From Spirochaetia bacterium (lineage in GTDB: Bacteria; Spirochaetota; Spirochaetia; SZUA-6; Bin103): a stretch of 64,000 nucleotides of DNA. The notes under the pieces are model-generated. The model saw nothing but the letters and a program-made list of their open reading frames with translations, was not told where the DNA came from and did not search any database. Made by a program: the position numbers and the translations under genes. Shown one piece after another: positions 59,067 through 64,000 of this stretch. Where the stretch lies: NCBI GenBank assembly GCA_965199955.1, contig CBDATQ010000002.1:658867-722866 (forward strand), given 5' to 3'. Within the stretch, counting starts at the first letter, position 1; each line of letters begins with the position of its first letter.

Positions 59067-59513
59067 CTACGCCTGTGCGGCGAGCTGCGCCCGGAACCCC
59101 TCCCACGCGCTGGCGATCACTCTGCCGGCGGACGCCTCGATCAGTCCGGCGCCCACCGGCCCCAGCAGCCCGCCGAGTTCGTCCACGGTCGCCGTCCAGG
59201 TGACGCCGGCGCCTCCTCCGGCCTCGCCCACCTCGAACGTGGTGGTCACCGCCGCCATCGATCCGATCCCCTTGCTGCGGATGCCGAGCACCAGGCGTGG
59301 CTCCGAGCGCTCCTGCACGTCGATCGTGGTCGACAGCGATCCGGTCAGGAACGACAGCCCCGGCTTCACCCTGCAGGTGACGTGGTCCTCGCTCGTGCTG
59401 GAGAGCGAGGACAAGCCGGGGATCGCGCCGGCCAGGAAGGAGAGGTCGGACAGCCGCCGCCACACCTCCGCGGCGGATTGCGTGAAGCGCTCGACGCCGG
59501 ACAGCTCGATCAT
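59067..59513 (-). CDS. CoxG/SRPBCC family protein
   Basis: ELSG..F.....EVW..LSD...LA..IPG, LGGLLG.VG.GLI; ATGA-coupled to the thiolase. Confidence 0.82.
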   Translation of the reverse strand: MIELSGVERFTQSAAEVWRRLSDLSFLAGAIPGLSSLSSTSEDHVTCRVKPGLSFLTGSLSTTIDVQERSEPRLVLGIRSKGIGSMAAVTTTFEVGEAGGGAGVTWTATVDELGGLLGPVGAGLIEASAGRVIASAWEGFRAQLAAQA

Positions 59514-60700
59514 GCCGCCTCCCGCTCGACGACCACGCCGCACGCCTCGCCGCCGCCGATGCACAGCGCCGCCACGCCGCGCGCGGCGCGGCGGCCCGGC
59601 AGGGCGGCGAGACCATGCAGCAGCGTGGTGAGGATGCGGGCGCCGCTGGCCCCGATCGGATGGCCCAGCGCCACGGCGCCGCCGTCCACGTTGCAGCGAT
59701 CGCCGTCGATGCCCAGGTCGCGCTCCACGGCCAGGTTGCCGACGGCGAACGCCTCGTTGACCTCGAACCGGTCGACGTCGTCGATCGCCACGCCGGCCCG
59801 GTCCAGGATCGGCGGAATCACCTGCGCGGGCGCTAGCAGGAAGCGGGCGGGGGCGGACGCCACGCTGCCGTGCGCGACGATCGTGCCGAGCGGGGTGATG
59901 CCCAGCTCGGCCGCGCGGCGGTCGGTCATGACCACGCAGGCGGCGGCGCCGTCGTTGAGCGACGACGCGTTCGCGGCGGTGATCGTACCGTCGGCGGCGA
60001 AGGCGGGACGCAGCGTGGTCATCTTGTCGAAGTCGGCGCGGCTGGGCTCCTCGTCGGCCGTCACCGGCCGGTTGCCGGGCTTGCCCGCGACCGGCACGAT
60101 CTCGGCGTCCCAGCGCCCGCTGCGCTGAGCGTCCAGCGCGCGTCGGTAGGAGCGCGCCGCGTACGCGTCCTGCGCGGCGCGCTCGATGCCGTACTCGCGG
60201 GCGATCAACTCGGCGGCATCCCCCATGTGGAAGTCGTTGTACACGTCCCAGAGCCCGTCGACGATCATGCTGTCGGCGACCTGCTGGTGGCCGTAGCGGA
60301 AGCCGCGGCGTGCGCCGGACAGCAGGTAGGGGGCGTTCGACATGCTCTCCATGCCGCCGGCCACGGCGATGCCGGCGTCGTCGGCCAGCACGGCGCGCGC
60401 GGCAAGGATCACCGCCTGCAGTCCCGATCCGCACACCTTGTTGACCGTCGTGCAGGGAACGCCTTCCGGAAGCCCGGCGCCGATGGCCGCCTGCCGGGCC
60501 GGCGCCTGGCCCGCACCGGCGGCGAGCACCTGGCCCATGAAGACCTCGTCCACGTCGTGCGGGGCTATGCCCGCGCGGCGCACCGCCTCGCCGATCGCCG
60601 CCGCGCCCAGACGCGGCGCCGGGAGCGCGGCAAGCGCGCCGCCCAGCGCGCCGATCGGGGTGCGGCAGGCCGCGGCTATCACGGCGCGTTCGGCGGGCAT
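59510..60700 (-). CDS. Acetyl-CoA C-acyltransferase (thiolase)
   Basis: RTPIG, GQAPARQA, NKVCGSG, GGMESMS, NEAFA, GHPIGASG, LCIGGG. Confidence 0.95.
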   Translation of the reverse strand: MPAERAVIAAACRTPIGALGGALAALPAPRLGAAAIGEAVRRAGIAPHDVDEVFMGQVLAAGAGQAPARQAAIGAGLPEGVPCTTVNKVCGSGLQAVILAARAVLADDAGIAVAGGMESMSNAPYLLSGARRGFRYGHQQVADSMIVDGLWDVYNDFHMGDAAELIAREYGIERAAQDAYAARSYRRALDAQRSGRWDAEIVPVAGKPGNRPVTADEEPSRADFDKMTTLRPAFAADGTITAANASSLNDGAAACVVMTDRRAAELGITPLGTIVAHGSVASAPARFLLAPAQVIPPILDRAGVAIDDVDRFEVNEAFAVGNLAVERDLGIDGDRCNVDGGAVALGHPIGASGARILTTLLHGLAALPGRRAARGVAALCIGGGEACGVVVEREAA

Positions 60701-60835
60701 GTCCTGACGCGGCAGTCTGTCGGAACGCCGCGTCTGCGGCAAGCCCGACGATGGCGGTGTCGACGACGACCATGGTGCCGGCAGCCACGGCGCGAGCTTG
60801 CCGCCGGTGTGGGTTTCTCCCCACGATGCCGCGTC

Positions 60836-63526
60836 ATGAGCGACCATCCCTTGAGTGAGGCCACCCGCGCCCATTTCACCTACCGCGGCGAGCAACTGAA
60901 CGAGATCTCGTTCCCGCTCGGTGGAATCGGCTCCGGCTGCATCGGCCTGGCCGGCAACGGCCGCCTGATCGACTGGGAGATCTTCAACCGGCCCGCCAAG
61001 GGCAGCGTCAACGGTTTCAGCCACTTCGCCGTCAAGGCGGAGCGCGCAGGCCACGTGGTGGACGCGCGGGTGTTGCAGGGCGACCTGACCGGCCCTCTCT
61101 CGGGCAGCCTGCGCTCGACCTGGCTGCACAGCTTCGGCTTCGGCCCGACGCGCGCGTCCCTGGGAGGACTGCCCCACTTTGCCGAGGTCGAATTCGAGGG
61201 CACCTTCCCGGTGGCCACGCTCACCTTCCGGGACGGGACCTTCCCCGGCGCCGTCACCCTGCGCGCCATGAACCCCTTCATCCCCGGCAACGCCGACGAC
61301 TCCAGCATTCCGGCCGCCTGCTTCGAGGTGCAGGTGACCAATCCCGGCGCCGACGACCTGGACTACACCGTCGCGCTGGCGGTGTCGAACCCGGCCCGTG
61401 CCGGATCGGTCAACCGCGCCCGGCGCGACGGCGCCGCGCAGTTGCTCACGCTGGCGGAGAGCGGCATCGCCTGCGACCACCCGAACGCCGGCGACCTCAC
61501 CGTCGCCACTGACAGCCCCGGTGTCAGCTACCAGGAGTGCTGGTTCCGCGGCATGTGGTTCGACGACCTGACCATCTACTGGCACGACTTCACCGCGCCG
61601 GGCGGCTTCGAGAATCGCAGTTATGCGGAGCACGGCAAGGCCGGGCACGGGTTCGGCGGGGGCGACACCGGCGTGCTGGCGGCCACGCTCGGCGTCCCTG
61701 CGGGCGAAACGCGCGCTGCCCGTTTCGTGCTCACCTGGAGCTACCCCAACTGCGTCAACTACTGGCACCCCGTGGGGGTCGAGCAGGAACAGCGGGACGA
61801 GCCGCCGCCGGCGCTCGACCACGCGGAGTGGCGCAACCACTACGCGACCCGCTTTCCGGACTCCGCGGCCAGCGCCGCCTACTGTCTGCGTGAGTGGGAG
61901 CGGCTGTGGAGCCACACTCTGGCGTTCCGCGACGCGCTTTACGCATCCAGCGTTCCGCCCGCCGTGCTCGATGCCGCGGCCGCCACCCTGTCGGTGCTCA
62001 AGAGCCCGACGGTGCTGCGGTTGGAGGACGGCACCTTCTACGGCTTCGAGGGGGTGCGCGTCGAGCAGGGCTGCTGCGAGGGGAGCTGCACGCACGTGTG
62101 GAACTACGCGTACGCGCTGCCGTTCCTGTTTCCGGACCTGGAGCGGTCGATGCGCGACGCCGACTTCCGCTACAACGCCGACGCCGACGGCGGCATGACC
62201 TTCCGCCTGCAACTGCCGCTGGGGCGGGAGCGGCTTGGCTTCCGCCCCTGCGCGGACGGCCAGTTCGGCGGGGTAATCAAGGCCTACCGCGATTGGAAGA
62301 TCTCCGGCGACTCGGCGTGGCTGCGCGGCCACTGGGAGACCATCAAGCGGAACATCTCGTTCGCCTGGGCGGACAGCAATCCCGACCGCTGGGACGCCGA
62401 CCGCGACGGCGTGCTGGAGGGCCGCCAGCATCACACGCTGGACATGGAGCTGTTCGGCCCCAATTCCTGGCTCAACGGCTTCTACCTGGCGGCGCTGGCC
62501 GCGGGCGCCGAGATGGCCGAGCACCTCGGCGAGCCGGACACCGCGTCCGAGTACCGGGCGCTGTTCGCGCGTGGCAAGGCGTGGACGGACGCCAACCTGT
62601 TCAACGGCGAGTACTATCAGCAGCGGATCGACCTCGCCGACCGCTCGATCCTGCAGGCGTATGAGGGCGGCGATGCCGCGGAGCGCTACCGCGGCGGGCG
62701 CTCGCAGGTGTGGAACTACTGGGACGACGAGCACGGCCAGATCAAGTACCAGGTGGCCGAGGGGTGCGCGATCGACCAGGTGCTGGCGCAGTGGCACGCC
62801 AACGTCTGTGGCCTGGGCGAGGTTTTCGACCGCGGACAGACCCGCACCGCCCTGGCGGCCGTCTACCGCCACAACTTCAAGCGCTCGTTCCGCGAGCACT
62901 TCAACCCGGCCCGCCTGTACGCCGTGGATGACGAGGCCGGCACCATCATCTGCTCCTATCCGCGCGCCCTGCCGGTGGTGCCGATTACCTATGCCCAGGA
63001 GACCATGCACGGCTTCGAGTACCAGGCGGCCGGCCACATGATCCAGGAGGGCATGCTGGCCGAGGGCGTGGAGCTGGTGCGCGCGGTGCGCGACCGCTAC
63101 GACGGTAGCCGCCGCAATCCCTGGAACGAGATCGAGTGCGGCAGCAACTACGCGCGGTCGATGGCCGCGTTCGCGCTGCTGCTGGCCTATTCCGGCTTCG
63201 AGTTCGACGCCGTCCAAGGGCACGTCGGCTTCAGCCCCAAGGTGGCGGAAACGCCGTTCACGGCCTTCTGGAGCCTGGGCTCCGGCTGGGGCACCTGCAC
63301 GCTGGAAGCGGGGGAGATCAGGTTGCAGGTCGAATCGGGCGAGTTGCCGTTGTCCACCTTCGCCAGCGACCGACTGGTGGGGGCCGGCGGCGCCGCGGTA
63401 ACGGGTGTGCAGGTAGGCGGCGTCGATGTCGCCTACCTGCAGGACGGCGGCACGCTCGCTTTCTCCGGCGCCGTCCTCATCACCCCTGATGCGCCGCTGG
63501 CTATCGCCGTGTCCGCGATGACCTGA
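60836..63526 (+). CDS. GH116 glycoside hydrolase (non-lysosomal glucosylceramidase-like)
   Basis: FPLGGIGSG, DWEIFN, GSCTHVWNY, ADGQFG, QHHTLD, RYDG.RRNPWNEIECGSNYARSM. Confidence 0.92.
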   Translation: MSDHPLSEATRAHFTYRGEQLNEISFPLGGIGSGCIGLAGNGRLIDWEIFNRPAKGSVNGFSHFAVKAERAGHVVDARVLQGDLTGPLSGSLRSTWLHSFGFGPTRASLGGLPHFAEVEFEGTFPVATLTFRDGTFPGAVTLRAMNPFIPGNADDSSIPAACFEVQVTNPGADDLDYTVALAVSNPARAGSVNRARRDGAAQLLTLAESGIACDHPNAGDLTVATDSPGVSYQECWFRGMWFDDLTIYWHDFTAPGGFENRSYAEHGKAGHGFGGGDTGVLAATLGVPAGETRAARFVLTWSYPNCVNYWHPVGVEQEQRDEPPPALDHAEWRNHYATRFPDSAASAAYCLREWERLWSHTLAFRDALYASSVPPAVLDAAAATLSVLKSPTVLRLEDGTFYGFEGVRVEQGCCEGSCTHVWNYAYALPFLFPDLERSMRDADFRYNADADGGMTFRLQLPLGRERLGFRPCADGQFGGVIKAYRDWKISGDSAWLRGHWETIKRNISFAWADSNPDRWDADRDGVLEGRQHHTLDMELFGPNSWLNGFYLAALAAGAEMAEHLGEPDTASEYRALFARGKAWTDANLFNGEYYQQRIDLADRSILQAYEGGDAAERYRGGRSQVWNYWDDEHGQIKYQVAEGCAIDQVLAQWHANVCGLGEVFDRGQTRTALAAVYRHNFKRSFREHFNPARLYAVDDEAGTIICSYPRALPVVPITYAQETMHGFEYQAAGHMIQEGMLAEGVELVRAVRDRYDGSRRNPWNEIECGSNYARSMAAFALLLAYSGFEFDAVQGHVGFSPKVAETPFTAFWSLGSGWGTCTLEAGEIRLQVESGELPLSTFASDRLVGAGGAAVTGVQVGGVDVAYLQDGGTLAFSGAVLITPDAPLAIAVSAMT

Positions 63527-63571
63527 CGCGTCCCCAAGCACGCGGGCGCCGGTGTCTGCGGCGCGTGGCAT

Positions 63572-64000
63572 TCACTCGGCGCTTCCGGGCCGCCAGAGGC
63601 GAGCGCGGTCGAGGAAAACCTTGGGGGCGTCGATCCAGTCGGAGTAGCCGATGCGGCCCTCATCGGTAAGCCAGTCGATCTTGGCCCCGATGCAGTCGGC
63701 CAGCTCCTGCTCGTCGGCGGAGAGCGTGAAGCCACCGAGCTCGATCGCCGAGTCGAGCGCCGTGACCGTGAAGTCGCCGCCCGATGCGTCCGCCGCGTAG
63801 CGGTTGCCGACAACTCCTCGCACGAGTGCATCGATCTCGCCGGTGCGCCAGATCCCGTCCCACTCCGCGATTCCGCGCCGCTCGAATGAGATGCCAGCGC
63901 CGTCCATCGCCTCGAGTGCGGTCAGCAGATCCGCTTCGTAACCTCGGTGCATGTCGAAACCGGCGCTCCCCGGCTCCCGGTTGGCGCTGTAGCTGACCGG
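63572..64000 (-). pseudogene. Substrate-binding-domain protein, 3' part; appears internally deleted; runs off the window edge
   Basis: PVSYS..GYEADLLTALE..WDGIW is joined directly to GEIDALVRG, lacking the middle expected for a family-3 binding protein. Confidence 0.45.

Noticed and set aside
59510-63571. 1353-aa minus-strand ORF as one giant protein
   Set aside because: Only the last 396 aa are a thiolase; the rest is the antisense shadow of the GH116 gene, which is common in high-GC DNA.
1-64000. tRNA, rRNA, riboswitch, integrase or prophage genes
   Set aside because: None was recognisable by eye; Infernal/Rfam and tRNAscan-SE would be needed to exclude small RNAs in the intergenic gaps.

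Overview
This is a high-GC bacterial window with no rRNA, tRNA or CRISPR array visible. Intact housekeeping genes are proS (archaeal/eukaryotic type), aceEF, hemL, an acyl-CoA dehydrogenase and a thiolase. They are interleaved with a large catabolic repertoire: six PhyH-family Fe/2OG dioxygenases, three sulfatases plus a remnant, a GH116 glycosidase, a Gfo/Idh/MocA oxidoreductase, and betaine, peptide and amino-acid ABC transporters. There are two complete toxin-antitoxin pairs (CopG/MazF and DUF1778/GNAT) and a Uma2 nuclease. This gene mix resembles marine invertebrate (sponge) symbiont genomes, which is an inference only. The gaps between intact genes are filled with gene debris, often internally deleted: cas3, an IS1380 transposase, a sulfatase, two antitoxins, hsdR, dimethylformamidase, GH20 and TPR fragments. 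The best candidate for an undescribed system is at 28.1-33.0 kb. A 44-bp palindrome overlapping a sigma70-like promoter precedes two tandem STAND-like P-loop ATPases (ATPase-wHTH, then ATPase-wHTH-TPR with a compositionally distinct TPR module), and the second is translationally coupled to a type I restriction hsdR remnant. A second notable item is an orphan cas3 5' stub that still carries an AT-rich promoter with an inverted repeat. All family calls come from motif recognition by eye; no searches were run.
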